Source of the DNA: an uncultured virus (IMG/VR IMGVR_UViG_3300025018_000106)
Taxonomy: Duplodnaviria > Heunggongvirae > Uroviricota > Caudoviricetes
IMG/VR virus record: IMGVR_UViG_3300025018_000106
DNA length: 20,000 nucleotides
Strand: one strand, 5' to 3'
Positions within the stretch are counted from its first letter, which is position 1. Each line of letters begins with the position of its first letter. A program made the position numbers and the translations under genes. This document shows positions 1 to 8,689 of the stretch, piece by piece. The notes beneath the pieces are model-generated. The model was not told where the DNA came from and did no database searches. It was given only the letters and a program-made list of their open reading frames with translations.

Positions 1-720
1 ACTCTACAACAGAAGAAGCCAAAGTTTCAGCTCACGGGTTCACCTCTCCGAAAGATTCGCAAGATCAGTCAACTACCAGCAGGTCATGGCGGCCGTGACT
101 ACGTTCTGAGACGCAAGATTCCGACGAAGGAGCACTACCGTCTCTACTACGTTCCAAAATTCGTCACATGGGTCAACAGTCTGATTCCGGGCAAGATGAA
201 GATGCCCGAGAAAGACAAACCTAGACTGATTCTACCATTTCTTGACAAATCTGGCAACCTCTTTGGTTTCCAGGGTCGCGCGTTTGATCCGAAAGACGAA
301 CTACGATACATCACCATCATGTTGGACGAGAACATGCCGAAAATCTTCGGTCTGGAGAAGGTCGACTTCACGAAACCTTACCGTGTGGTCGAAGGTCCGA
401 TTGATGCGTTGTTTCTAGACAACACCGTTGCGATGGCTGGCGCAGACGGTAACGCGAACGGACTGGATCACCTAAGTAACGCAACATTCATCTTTGATGC
501 AGAACCAAGAAATAAAGAAATAGTCCGTCGCATGGAGAGAGTGGTAGAAAATGGTTACAAAGTTTGTATCTGGCCACAACATATGATGGAACGCGGTAAA
601 GACATAAACGACTTCATCTTATCTGGACTCAAAGCCGCTGATATCCAACTAATCATTGACCAAAACTCTTATCGCGGCCTACAGGCTAAACTAGAACTTG
701 CCACATGGAAAAAAGTGTAG
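1..720 (+). CDS. gp61: DNA primase, T4 gp61-like (5' end outside window)
   Basis: Frame open from base 1. Motifs LILPF..GFQGR, YITI, TOPRIM VVEGPIDALF, FIFDAEPRN, KDINDF. Confidence 0.95.
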   Translation, partial: TLQQKKPKFQLTGSPLRKIRKISQLPAGHGGRDYVLRRKIPTKEHYRLYYVPKFVTWVNSLIPGKMKMPEKDKPRLILPFLDKSGNLFGFQGRAFDPKDELRYITIMLDENMPKIFGLEKVDFTKPYRVVEGPIDALFLDNTVAMAGADGNANGLDHLSNATFIFDAEPRNKEIVRRMERVVENGYKVCIWPQHMMERGKDINDFILSGLKAADIQLIIDQNSYRGLQAKLELATWKKV

Positions 721-729
721 AATGAATGT

Positions 730-1335
730 TTAGTTTATCTTACGACCCCTAACCCATCCTTCACCCGGACATTCTACAGACTTCTTTGTTTCTTTGCCGT
801 TTGTCCACCAACCCTTTCCCTTGTTCTTTTTCGCAGACAAAGCGGCAGAACGCAAAATGTCTTTGCGCGATCTTTTTTTAACCCATTCCTTCACACCTTC
901 TGATATGTTCTTTTGTCGTTCTTCTTTATCGGTTTCCGAGTATGACGACCATATTTCTATGTTTTTCTCAGACACAAAATAGGAATGATCGGGCCGTTTC
1001 TTGCCCAAAAAAGGATGGACTCTCGAACGATTGTATTCTGACAACCAAGGTTTAGGTGCGCCATTACCCTCTCCGCCTGAGGTTCTATTTCTTAGGCATC
1101 CGCCTTGGTCGATTCTTCCCCACCATTCTATCATACGTCTTTCCAATGCGATGGCGCCGATATTTGTCAAACCTGTTTCTAAGAAAACGATTCTGTTCTT
1201 GTCTGGAACAGGCACCGAGTGGTCTGGATGATACGCTCTCTGTTTCCTACCTTTGCCTATATAATAAGGCGTTCCTGCTTTTCCGTGTTTCGAGTTGTTC
1301 TTCCTCAGATATGCGTAAACGTAATAGTCAGTCAT
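730..1335 (-). CDS. Free-standing GIY-YIG (Seg-like) homing endonuclease
   Basis: YYVYAYLR...[27 protein letters not shown]-terminal WWTNG...PGEGWVRGR. Antisense to neighbours, own AGGAGG RBS and TATAAATA. Confidence 0.88.
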   Translation of the reverse strand: MTDYYVYAYLRKNNSKHGKAGTPYYIGKGRKQRAYHPDHSVPVPDKNRIVFLETGLTNIGAIALERRMIEWWGRIDQGGCLRNRTSGGEGNGAPKPWLSEYNRSRVHPFLGKKRPDHSYFVSEKNIEIWSSYSETDKEERQKNISEGVKEWVKKRSRKDILRSAALSAKKNKGKGWWTNGKETKKSVECPGEGWVRGRKIN

Positions 1336-1353
1336 TTTGTCCTCCTTTACGTC

Positions 1354-1361
1354 TATTTATA
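1354..1361 (-). promoter_or_regulatory. T4-type late promoter TATAAATA
   Basis: Exact consensus on minus strand just upstream of the RBS (1341-1346). Confidence 0.8.
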
Positions 1362-1400
1362 GAAATGACGATCTTGACAACGAACCTAGTAACAAAAATC

Positions 1401-1429
1401 TTGACACAGACGATACCATGTGTTAATGT
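1401..1429 (+). promoter_or_regulatory. sigma70-like promoter
   Basis: TTGACA-17nt-TAATGT upstream of GGAG RBS and GTG 1454. Confidence 0.55.
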
Positions 1430-1453
1430 GAACCTTAAACATTGGAGAAAAGT

Positions 1454-1657
1454 GTGATACGAACACCCTTTGCAAACTACAATCGCGCTCATCTAGAACG
1501 TCTTGTTCACGAAGGTTTCGAACGTATCGAATACCAGGCAGATATCATGATGAAAAGCGCCACACATTGGGGCACACCTTCGGGTCTGCCTATGGACCCG
1601 TTCGACTTTCAGGTGCTGATGGCTGCGAAACATTATTTGGAGACAACGAAAGAATGA
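1454..1657 (+). CDS. hypothetical protein
   Basis: GGAG RBS, GTG start, ATGA coupling to next ORF. Confidence 0.7.
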   Translation: MIRTPFANYNRAHLERLVHEGFERIEYQADIMMKSATHWGTPSGLPMDPFDFQVLMAAKHYLETTKE

Positions 1658-1869
1658 CAGGATACAATTACGGCGAACCTGTGCCTGATATCAAATGTCC
1701 TTACTGTGGTGGTCCGACCTATGCAGAATATGTTGATATTGGTGTTGGAATGCAACAGGTAACAGGACATATGTGTGAGGGATGCCAAGCGGTCGAAGCA
1801 GGTCCTTACTGTGATATTACAAAAGACGATTACGACAACAACACAGGATGGTTTCGAAATGAGCATTAA
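1654..1869 (+). CDS. small Zn-ribbon protein
   Basis: MTGYNY..., CPYC and CEGC pairs, translationally coupled start. Confidence 0.75.
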   Translation: MTGYNYGEPVPDIKCPYCGGPTYAEYVDIGVGMQQVTGHMCEGCQAVEAGPYCDITKDDYDNNTGWFRNEH

Positions 1870-2350
1870 CATCATATTGGCAACCGATTTGAACTTCGGC
1901 ATCGGTAACGAGAACAAACTACCTTGGCCGCGAAATAAGAAAGATATGGACTGGTTCCGCAAATGCACCATCGGTCACGCGGTCGTGATGGGTCGCAAGA
2001 CGTGGGAAAGCATCGGTTCGAAACCACTGAAACATCGTTTCAACTTTGTTGTCACGTCAACACAAATCCAACGGGCACACACTCGCCATGGTGATATGGG
2101 TGTGATCCTTCGCAACATCGATGAAGATCGTTTTCCCGGCAGCCCACCGCATGACGTGTTTGTGATGGGCGGTGCAGAAATCTATGGGCAGGCCGTGCCC
2201 TATGCCGACAAACTGTATCTGACGACATTCAATCAAGAATATGAATGTGACACTTACGTTCAGGATGATATCGTCAGTCATTTTCCGAATGTTGAATATC
2301 TTGATGATAGTGATCCTGAAATTACGTTTCAGATTAGGACAAAGAAATGA
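1859..2350 (+). CDS. frd: dihydrofolate reductase
   Basis: GIGNENKLPW..DMDWFR, VVMGRKTWESIG.KPL..R, VMGGAEIY, ECDT. Confidence 0.96.
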   Translation: MSINIILATDLNFGIGNENKLPWPRNKKDMDWFRKCTIGHAVVMGRKTWESIGSKPLKHRFNFVVTSTQIQRAHTRHGDMGVILRNIDEDRFPGSPPHDVFVMGGAEIYGQAVPYADKLYLTTFNQEYECDTYVQDDIVSHFPNVEYLDDSDPEITFQIRTKK

Positions 2351-2598
2351 GTGAAATCCACGAAAGCCATACTCTGCAATCCAGCGACTCTTCCCATTAC
2401 GACTTCTATTGCACCAAATGCAATATGGCAGACCGTCCTTGGGAATATCTTTCTTGGCCGTGTCCTGAAAGAGAATTGACTAGGACAGAATTTGCCGAAT
2501 GGAAGAAGCAGATGGTCGAACAAGAGCTCGGCAAAATCCTACAAGAGGAATTTGATCTGGAGGTTCTAAGAGAAGTGAAAAGGAAAGCGAACCTATGA
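2347..2598 (+). CDS. hypothetical protein
   Basis: ATGA-coupled on both sides, CxxC motif. Confidence 0.75.
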   Translation: MSEIHESHTLQSSDSSHYDFYCTKCNMADRPWEYLSWPCPERELTRTEFAEWKKQMVEQELGKILQEEFDLEVLREVKRKANL

Positions 2599-3470
2599 GA
2601 CAATATCACGATGCACTACAGCATGTGCTGGACAATGGCACAGACAAAGACGACCGCACGGGCGTAGGCACCCGCGCGGTATTTGGTTACCAGATGCGGT
2701 TTGACCTGAGAGAAGGATTCCCCGCAGTCACAACGAAAAAACTCGCATGGAAGGCGGTCGTGTCCGAACTTCTGTGGTTTCTAGAAGGATCGACCGATGA
2801 AAGACGACTTGCAGAAATTCGTTATGGAGCAGATCGAAAAGACCTTGTTGGAAAACGCACTATTTGGACAGACAACGCCGACAAGCAAGGGCGCGATCTT
2901 GGCTGGCGGAACGACGCTTACTACAAAGGCCTTGGACCGGTGTATGGAGCTCAATGGCGCGGTTTCAACAAGGACGAGACAGGTTACGGAGGCGTCGACC
3001 AGGTTGCAAGACTTCTTAATGATCTACAGAACACCCCCGATTCTAGACGACACATCCTTACGGCGTGGAATCCTTCACAATTACACCTCATGGCACTACC
3101 TCCCTGTCACCTACTCGCACAGTTTGATGTTACAAACGGTCGCCTGAGTTGTCAACTCTATCAGCGCTCTTGTGATATGTTCCTGGGTGTGCCTTTTAAC
3201 ATAGCTTCATACAGCCTCCTCACACATATCTTTGCAAAAATTTGTGATCTGGAAGTCGCAGATTTTGTGTGGACCGGAGGCGACGTTCATATATATAGGA
3301 ACCACATGAGCCAAGTAAGAGAACAACTTACGCGAACCCCAAAGGCTCTACCAACATTGAAGATGCCAAATTTCACCTCACTGCAAGATGTTCTGTCTGC
3401 CAGTGTGGACGATTTTGTGTTGCAAAATTACAACCCTATGGACTCCATCAAAGCACCGATGGCCGTCTAA
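2595..3470 (+). CDS. thyA: thymidylate synthase (uninterrupted)
   Basis: DRTGVGT, ELLWFL, LGPVYG.QWR, LPPCH, YQRSCD.FLGVPFNIASY, GDVHIY, C-terminal MAV. Confidence 0.98.
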   Translation: MRQYHDALQHVLDNGTDKDDRTGVGTRAVFGYQMRFDLREGFPAVTTKKLAWKAVVSELLWFLEGSTDERRLAEIRYGADRKDLVGKRTIWTDNADKQGRDLGWRNDAYYKGLGPVYGAQWRGFNKDETGYGGVDQVARLLNDLQNTPDSRRHILTAWNPSQLHLMALPPCHLLAQFDVTNGRLSCQLYQRSCDMFLGVPFNIASYSLLTHIFAKICDLEVADFVWTGGDVHIYRNHMSQVREQLTRTPKALPTLKMPNFTSLQDVLSASVDDFVLQNYNPMDSIKAPMAV

Positions 3471-3496
3471 TAACTATAACAAAAAGAGGTAGATAC

Positions 3497-5725
3497 ATGC
3501 TCAAGCTAGTCAGACCCGCGACAAAGGACGTTGATGCGAAAAGTCTTATGTCGCAGTCCAAATTCTATGAGTCCTATTCCCGTTGGGACGAATCACTAGG
3601 CCGATATGAGACCTGGGAAGAGTCTGTTTCTCGCGTCATGAACATGCACCGAGAATACTACAAAGACAAAATGACACCTGAATTGTCGCGATTGATTGAC
3701 GAAGCAGAGTCGCTCTACAAACTGAAATACGCCCTCGGCGCACAGCGCGCCCTCCAGTTTGGTGGCGACCAGTTGCTGAAGCACCAGATGCGTATGTATA
3801 ACTGCACCAGCTCTTATGCAGACCGCCCCGCCTTCTTTGGCGAACTGTTCTATATTCTGCTTTGTGGCGCTGGCGCCGGTTTCTCGGTTCAGAAGCATCA
3901 CGTCGCGAAACTGCCTGATATCGCAGAAAGAAAGAAGCAGGCGAAAGAATTTACACCAGACGACAGCATTGAAGGTTGGGCCGACGCGGCCTCGGTTCTG
4001 CTATCGTCTTTTTTCGTTGGAGGTGGCACCCACCCAGAATACGAGGGTCGTAAGGTCTATTTCAACCTGAACAAGATTCGTCCGAAAGGTTCGATGATTA
4101 GCGGCGGTTTCAAGGCGCCTGGTCCTGAACCTCTCCGTCGCGCACTTGACAAGGCCGAACATTTGTTGCAAGGTCTGGTTCTGGCAGGCGAAACACGTCT
4201 ACGTCCGATCCACGTTTATGATATCGCGATGTTCCTCGCTGATGCGGTTCTGGCTGGTGGTGTTCGCCGTTCTGCAACGATCTGCCTGTTTTCCGTTGAC
4301 GACCAGGAAATGATCGAAGCAAAGACGGGTGACTGGTACATCAAGAACCCTCAGCGCGGTCGTTCCAACAACTCTGCTGTGGTCGTTCGCGACGAAGTGA
4401 CCAAAGAACAATTTGCAAACCTGATGAAGTCGATTCGCGAATTTGGCGAACCAGGTTTCTACTTCGTCAACTCGAAAGAACACACCACCAACCCATGTGT
4501 TGAAATCGGCATGTTTCCACAAATCGACGGTGTGTCCGGTTGGCAGGGTTGTAACCTGACCGAAATCAACGGTTCGAAGTGTGTCAGCCGTGAAGAATTC
4601 TTCAAGGCATGTCGCGCTGCTGCAATCATGGGCACTCTACAGGCCGGTTACACCAACTTCAAGTATATCTCGGACGCGTCTCGCCGTATCTTCGAACGCG
4701 AAGCGCTTCTTGGTGTGTCTATCACCGGTTGGATGAACAACCCGTCGGTTCTGTTTGACGCGGATATCCAACGCGAAGGCGCTGAGATTGTCAAGGCGGT
4801 CAACCGTGAAGTCGTAGCGATGATCGGCATCAATCCTGCTGCTCGCACGACCTGTGTGAAGCCTTCGGGCAACGCGTCTGTTCTGCTTATGACCGCTTCT
4901 GGTATTCACGCTGAACACTCGCCGCGTTACCTACGTCACGTCCAGATGAACAAGGAATCCGAAGTTGCTCAGTTGATTGCAGACACCAATCCTTACATGG
5001 TCGAAGAATCGGTTTGGTCGTCCGGCAAGACTGATTACTCCATCGCGTTCCCTGTTATCTCCAAGGAAGGTTCTATCTATAAGAACGAAGCGAAGGTCAC
5101 CGACTTCCTCGAAAAGGTGAAACTTGTTCAACAGAACTGGGTGGAAGCAGGCACGAATGAAGAACTGTGCGCAGACCCGACGGTTCGCCATAACGTCTCC
5201 AACACCGTGACTGTGCCACAGCGCGATTGGACGAAGATCGAAGATTACCTTTACGAGAACCGTTGGTACTTTGCAGGCGTTTCGTTCTTGCCAGACTCGG
5301 GTGATAAGGACTTCACGCAAGCACCTTTTGCACAAGTCTTGACGGAAGAACAAATCGTGGCCCGCTACGGCGTTGCATCGTTGTTCGCTTCTGGTCTAAT
5401 CGTTGACACGACTAAGGGTTTCAACAACCTCTGGGATGCTACGTTCATCGCACAACAACCCGACGAGCACCGTGGTGAATTGTCTGACCTGAGAGCAGAC
5501 TGGATTCGTCGCTTCCGCAAGTTTGCTGACAACTACTTTGAAGGTGACATGAAAGAGGCCGAATACTGCCTCAAGGACGTTTACTACCTTCACAAGTGGA
5601 CCAAGATTCAGCAGAACCTGCAACCAATCGACTTTGTGTCTCAGCTTCAGACGAAGAAATTCACCGACGTTGACACAATGGGCGCGGTTGCTTGCCACGG
5701 CAACGCATGTGAAATCACTTTCTAA
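3497..5725 (+). CDS. nrdJ: class II (adenosylcobalamin-dependent, RTPR-type) ribonucleotide reductase
   Basis: YNC, GGVRRSA, GEPG, TNPCVEI, CNLTEIN, TTCVKPSG, C-terminal CHGNAC. No adjacent beta-subunit gene. Confidence 0.92.
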   Translation: MLKLVRPATKDVDAKSLMSQSKFYESYSRWDESLGRYETWEESVSRVMNMHREYYKDKMTPELSRLIDEAESLYKLKYALGAQRALQFGGDQLLKHQMRMYNCTSSYADRPAFFGELFYILLCGAGAGFSVQKHHVAKLPDIAERKKQAKEFTPDDSIEGWADAASVLLSSFFVGGGTHPEYEGRKVYFNLNKIRPKGSMISGGFKAPGPEPLRRALDKAEHLLQGLVLAGETRLRPIHVYDIAMFLADAVLAGGVRRSATICLFSVDDQEMIEAKTGDWYIKNPQRGRSNNSAVVVRDEVTKEQFANLMKSIREFGEPGFYFVNSKEHTTNPCVEIGMFPQIDGVSGWQGCNLTEINGSKCVSREEFFKACRAAAIMGTLQAGYTNFKYISDASRRIFEREALLGVSITGWMNNPSVLFDADIQREGAEIVKAVNREVVAMIGINPAARTTCVKPSGNASVLLMTASGIHAEHSPRYLRHVQMNKESEVAQLIADTNPYMVEESVWSSGKTDYSIAFPVISKEGSIYKNEAKVTDFLEKVKLVQQNWVEAGTNEELCADPTVRHNVSNTVTVPQRDWTKIEDYLYENRWYFAGVSFLPDSGDKDFTQAPFAQVLTEEQIVARYGVASLFASGLIVDTTKGFNNLWDATFIAQQPDEHRGELSDLRADWIRRFRKFADNYFEGDMKEAEYCLKDVYYLHKWTKIQQNLQPIDFVSQLQTKKFTDVDTMGAVACHGNACEITF

Positions 5726-5734
5726 GGAGCGCAT

Positions 5735-5899
5735 ATGACGACAACAGAAATCGTATGTTCTCACTGTGAAGCTGAGTTTTACATCGAAACCGAGTTTGAT
5801 ATTCTGTTCTGCCCGTCCTGCGGAGAATCACTTCCGCAGGGCGAGTGGAACGGGTATCGCGACGAAGAATATGACTATGATCTAGAGGATGACGAATGA
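5735..5899 (+). CDS. small Zn-ribbon protein with acidic tail (54 aa)
   Basis: AAGGAG RBS; MTTTEIVCSHCEAEFYIETEFDILFCPSCGE...DLEDDE. Confidence 0.8.
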   Translation: MTTTEIVCSHCEAEFYIETEFDILFCPSCGESLPQGEWNGYRDEEYDYDLEDDE

Positions 5900-6045
5900 G
5901 CAAACAAGGTAAAATCGTAATCTTGGCTGAAAACTCTTGCGGCGGCACATTCGCCACGGTCAAAGATCGAAAAGACGTTGATCTGTCCAAGATGAAGAAA
6001 CTACCAGAACAAATGCACGGCATGGACGTGTATATCGAAGTCTGA
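5896..6045 (+). CDS. hypothetical protein (49 aa)
   Basis: ATGA overlap, GAGG RBS; MSKQGKIVILAENSCGG... Confidence 0.65.
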   Translation: MSKQGKIVILAENSCGGTFATVKDRKDVDLSKMKKLPEQMHGMDVYIEV

Positions 6046-6076
6046 ATAAATACCCTCCGCAAGGAGGGTATTTTTC
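6045..6076 (+). terminator. GCAA-tetraloop hairpin plus T-tract; also hides the next RBS and overlaps a late-promoter-like AATAAATA
   Basis: AAATACCCTCC-GCAA-GGAGGGTATTT-TTT just before ATG 6078. Confidence 0.75.
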
Positions 6077-6077
6077 T

Positions 6078-6497
6078 ATGTGGTACTATGAAGGTAAAGA
6101 ATTCACCAGTGACATGATTGGTGACAACATCGGTTTCGTCTACATCATCACAAACAAGCAGAACGGCATGAAATATGTCGGCAAGAAATTGTTTCGGTCA
6201 ACTCGAAAGTTACCGCCTCTAAAGGGTCAGAAGCGCAGACGCACCAAGATCGTAGAGTCAGACTGGCAAACTTACTACGGATCATCCGAAGAAACTCAAG
6301 CAATCGTTGAAGAACACGGCGGCGAAATTTTCCATCGTGAAATCTTACATCTGTGTAAGACCAAGGGCGTCATGTCGTATCTGGAACTGGTAGAGCAGGT
6401 CGAACGTCGCGTGCTTCTCCGCGACGACTACTACAACCGTATAATCCAGGTCAAGATACACGCGTCCCATGTGAACTCTTTGCGTGGCGACAATTAG
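6078..6497 (+). CDS. GIY-YIG-family protein of a type common in T4-like myoviruses
   Basis: GFVYIITN..NGMKYVGKK, ESDWQTYYGS, REIL, YYN. Confidence 0.85.
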   Translation: MWYYEGKEFTSDMIGDNIGFVYIITNKQNGMKYVGKKLFRSTRKLPPLKGQKRRRTKIVESDWQTYYGSSEETQAIVEEHGGEIFHREILHLCKTKGVMSYLELVEQVERRVLLRDDYYNRIIQVKIHASHVNSLRGDN

Positions 6498-7034
6498 CGA
6501 AATGCCATCTTCTCATAATAAAGTCAGCGCCTTCTTTGCCACAATGCGGGCAAGTTACGATAGGTCTTTTCTTGCCCGTCCAAGCCTGTCTTTTTCGTCT
6601 CTTGGCGGCCTCTGACTTTTTCTTGTTACAACCGATCACGCGACCTTTGAGTGTCGCAGAAATTTTGGCATCACGTTCGGTGGAATCAAACGATTCCCAG
6701 AATTTTTTGATACTTTCCGACTGTTTTCTTCTGTGTTCTTCTGTGACGATACAAGCGCCGCCATCTCCCATCTCAGGTTCAGATTCGCGAAATTGTCGGA
6801 TTCTACGATGTTCCATAGGTGACTGTAATACAGACCCTTTTCGCGAATCGCGTTTTCGTCTGTGGTCTCTAATAACACCTCGGTCTTTACATCGTAACCG
6901 TGTTTCTGTATGTGGCGGCGCCACAATTTACCAGACCCTCTATAATCATAGGGGTCTTGAACCGTCTTGCCAAGATACTTCAAGCCGGTCTTGTTGTGTG
7001 TTTTCAGATAAAGATAAATAGTCTCGCTGGACAT
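6451..7034 (-). pseudogene. GIY-YIG (Seg-like) homing endonuclease with a 1-nt frameshift near 6778
   Basis: N-part IYLYLKTHNKTGLKYLGKT..YRGSG..NFANL; C-part PEMGDGG...VTCPHCGKEG..RWHF.NC in another frame. One added A gives ANLKPEMGDGG. Confidence 0.82.
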
Positions 7035-7092
7035 AATAACCTCCTCAGGTTGTCTAGAGTTAGTGGGTGTTGGCGCACCGCGACTAACGATC

Positions 7093-7100
7093 TATTTATA
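7093..7100 (-). promoter_or_regulatory. T4-type late promoter TATAAATA
   Basis: Exact consensus upstream of the endonuclease leader. Confidence 0.8.
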
Positions 7101-7215
7101 AGGAGGCATATGATGAATGTTACGATAAGGCGTTACAAGCGCACGAAATGGGTCTCATACCCTGGTCGAAGGTTGAAGAATACGCCAAATATCTCCACAA
7201 TCTTTATGGAGCTGG

Positions 7216-7243
7216 TTGACACCTCGGACGAATCAACTATATT
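7216..7243 (+). promoter_or_regulatory. early promoter, GAATC family
   Basis: TTGACA 7216, GAATC 7230, TATATT 7238. Confidence 0.8.
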
Positions 7244-7273
7244 AGAGTTGTGAGAAACGAAAGAGGTTACATT

Positions 7274-7552
7274 ATGAAAGTCAACGATCTGAATGCTGTC
7301 GTCGCTCTGATTCGCAACATGAACAACGATGATCTGAACACGGTCATCCAGGCAATCAAAGACCAACGCGACTATCTCGCGAAACAGACGGCGGTTACTT
7401 TCCGTCGGGGCGATATGGTCCAGTTTGATCGCGGTCCGCGTCGGGGCGGCCTCGCGACCGGCGAAGTCGTCAAGGTCAACACGAAGTCCGTCGCCGTCAT
7501 GGTCGGCAACGTCAAGTGGCGCGTCGCCCCCGGGCTTCTGAAAAAAGTTTGA
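7274..7552 (+). CDS. hypothetical early protein (possible SH3/KOW-like C-terminus)
   Basis: GAGG RBS; FRRGDMVQF...GEVVKVNTKSVAV...WRV. Confidence 0.8.
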   Translation: MKVNDLNAVVALIRNMNNDDLNTVIQAIKDQRDYLAKQTAVTFRRGDMVQFDRGPRRGGLATGEVVKVNTKSVAVMVGNVKWRVAPGLLKKV

Positions 7553-7573
7553 AAAAAGCGCCGAAAGGCGCTT
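7552..7573. terminator. hairpin AAGCGCC-GAAA-GGCGCTT
   Basis: Perfect 7-bp stem preceded by an A-run. Confidence 0.5.
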
Positions 7574-7599
7574 GCAATCTCTCCCGAATCGCTTATATT
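7572..7599 (+). promoter_or_regulatory. early promoter, GAATC family
   Basis: TTGCAA 7572, GAATC 7586, TATATT 7594, then TGTAAC. Confidence 0.8.
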
Positions 7600-7631
7600 A
7601 GACTTGTAACGAGACAGAAAGAGAGACAAAA

Positions 7632-7889
7632 ATGATCGATGAAATCCTCCAGCTGATCGAAGAATTCAACGAGAGCATCAGCTACTCCGTCGGTCAGAAA
7701 TACATCAAGATCGTCAAAGGCGGTTCGGTCTGGGGTTTTGTCGTCAACACCGACAAAGACAAGAAGTTTCGCAAGGGCGACATTCTCAAGGCCGCTTCGT
7801 GGGCCGCTCCCGCCCGCAACGCCACTCGCGGCAACGTCCTTGACGGCGGCTACAGCATCGCCTGTACTGGCCCCCACTACCTGAAGTAA
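7632..7889 (+). CDS. conserved phage hypothetical protein
   Basis: GQKYIKIV...VWGFV...GDILKAASWAAPARNA.RGN. Confidence 0.85.
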   Translation: MIDEILQLIEEFNESISYSVGQKYIKIVKGGSVWGFVVNTDKDKKFRKGDILKAASWAAPARNATRGNVLDGGYSIACTGPHYLK

Positions 7890-7899
7890 GGAGAAAAAC

Positions 7900-8112
7900 A
7901 TGTTCACCACCATCGTAGCCTGGGGGGTGTTCGTCTTGACAAGTCTGATCTTTCTGATCGCGATGGCAGAACCGCTTCTGAAATCGCAGGCAGAGAAAGA
8001 CCTTGAAGAGCTTCGCGCTCGCATCACAGGTGTCCGACGAACGACTTCTTGGAACCGGGTTCTTGTCCTGTTCCTTTTCTGGTTCGCCGCCGGGTGGTAC
8101 CTCTTCGGTTGA
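7900..8112 (+). CDS. small membrane protein (2 TM)
   Basis: AAGGAG RBS; two hydrophobic segments. Confidence 0.8.
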   Translation: MFTTIVAWGVFVLTSLIFLIAMAEPLLKSQAEKDLEELRARITGVRRTTSWNRVLVLFLFWFAAGWYLFG

Positions 8113-8344
8113 TCCGGCATAACTGAGTGTGTTAGGAGAGAAATAATGAACGCTCGAGACTCGCCCTAAGAGGGTGTAGATAGATAGTTAGATTGAGATT
8201 TGGTTTGGAACCTGGGTAGGTTCGAAAACTGCCCATAGAGTGTAGCAACGACCTGAGCAAGTCAATAAACTGCTCACTAACATCGTTCTGCATGGTAACA
8301 TCGCCTGTGTTAGCATTCAAAACCATGTTAGCGAGGAGAAAAAC

Positions 8345-8446
8345 ATGCTGTTGGTCGCAACAATGTTTGCCATGACGACAACACTCCTGTATAAACAACC
8401 ACAACTGGTTTACCTGGAGGTGAAAGCAAATGATGAGCGAGTTTGA
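8345..8446 (+). CDS. small hypothetical peptide (33 aa)
   Basis: GAGGAG RBS; MLLVATMFAMTTTLLYKQPQLVYLEVKANDERV. Confidence 0.45.
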   Translation: MLLVATMFAMTTTLLYKQPQLVYLEVKANDERV

Positions 8447-8582
8447 ACAGATGGTCATGCGAGACGCCATGGAATGGGCGGCCAAGACCGGCCAGACGTT
8501 TCGCACCGAACAATCGCTTTACGAAGCGTTCTGGGCTGAAAAACTTTCGAACGCCGGCAAACGACCGCTGGTCGCAATCTGA
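8430..8582 (+). CDS. hypothetical protein (50 aa)
   Basis: GGAGG RBS; MMSEFEQMVMRDAMEWAAKTG... Confidence 0.7.
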   Translation: MMSEFEQMVMRDAMEWAAKTGQTFRTEQSLYEAFWAEKLSNAGKRPLVAI

Positions 8583-8595
8583 TAAATAGGAACAT

Positions 8596-8672
8596 GCGCC
8601 CGTAGCTCAACTGGACAGAGCAAGTGACTTCTAATCACTAGGTCGAGGGTTCGAATCCTTCCGGGCGCGCCA
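8596..8672 (+). tRNA. tRNA-Arg(TCT)
   Basis: Canonical cloverleaf, loop CT-TCT-AA, encoded CCA. Confidence 0.97.
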
Positions 8673-8689
8673 TATCATGGAGAAATATC

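Noticed and set aside
2595..5725. Introns or inteins in td/nrd, common in T4-like phages
   Set aside because: Both ORFs are continuous, of normal length, and lack splicing motifs.
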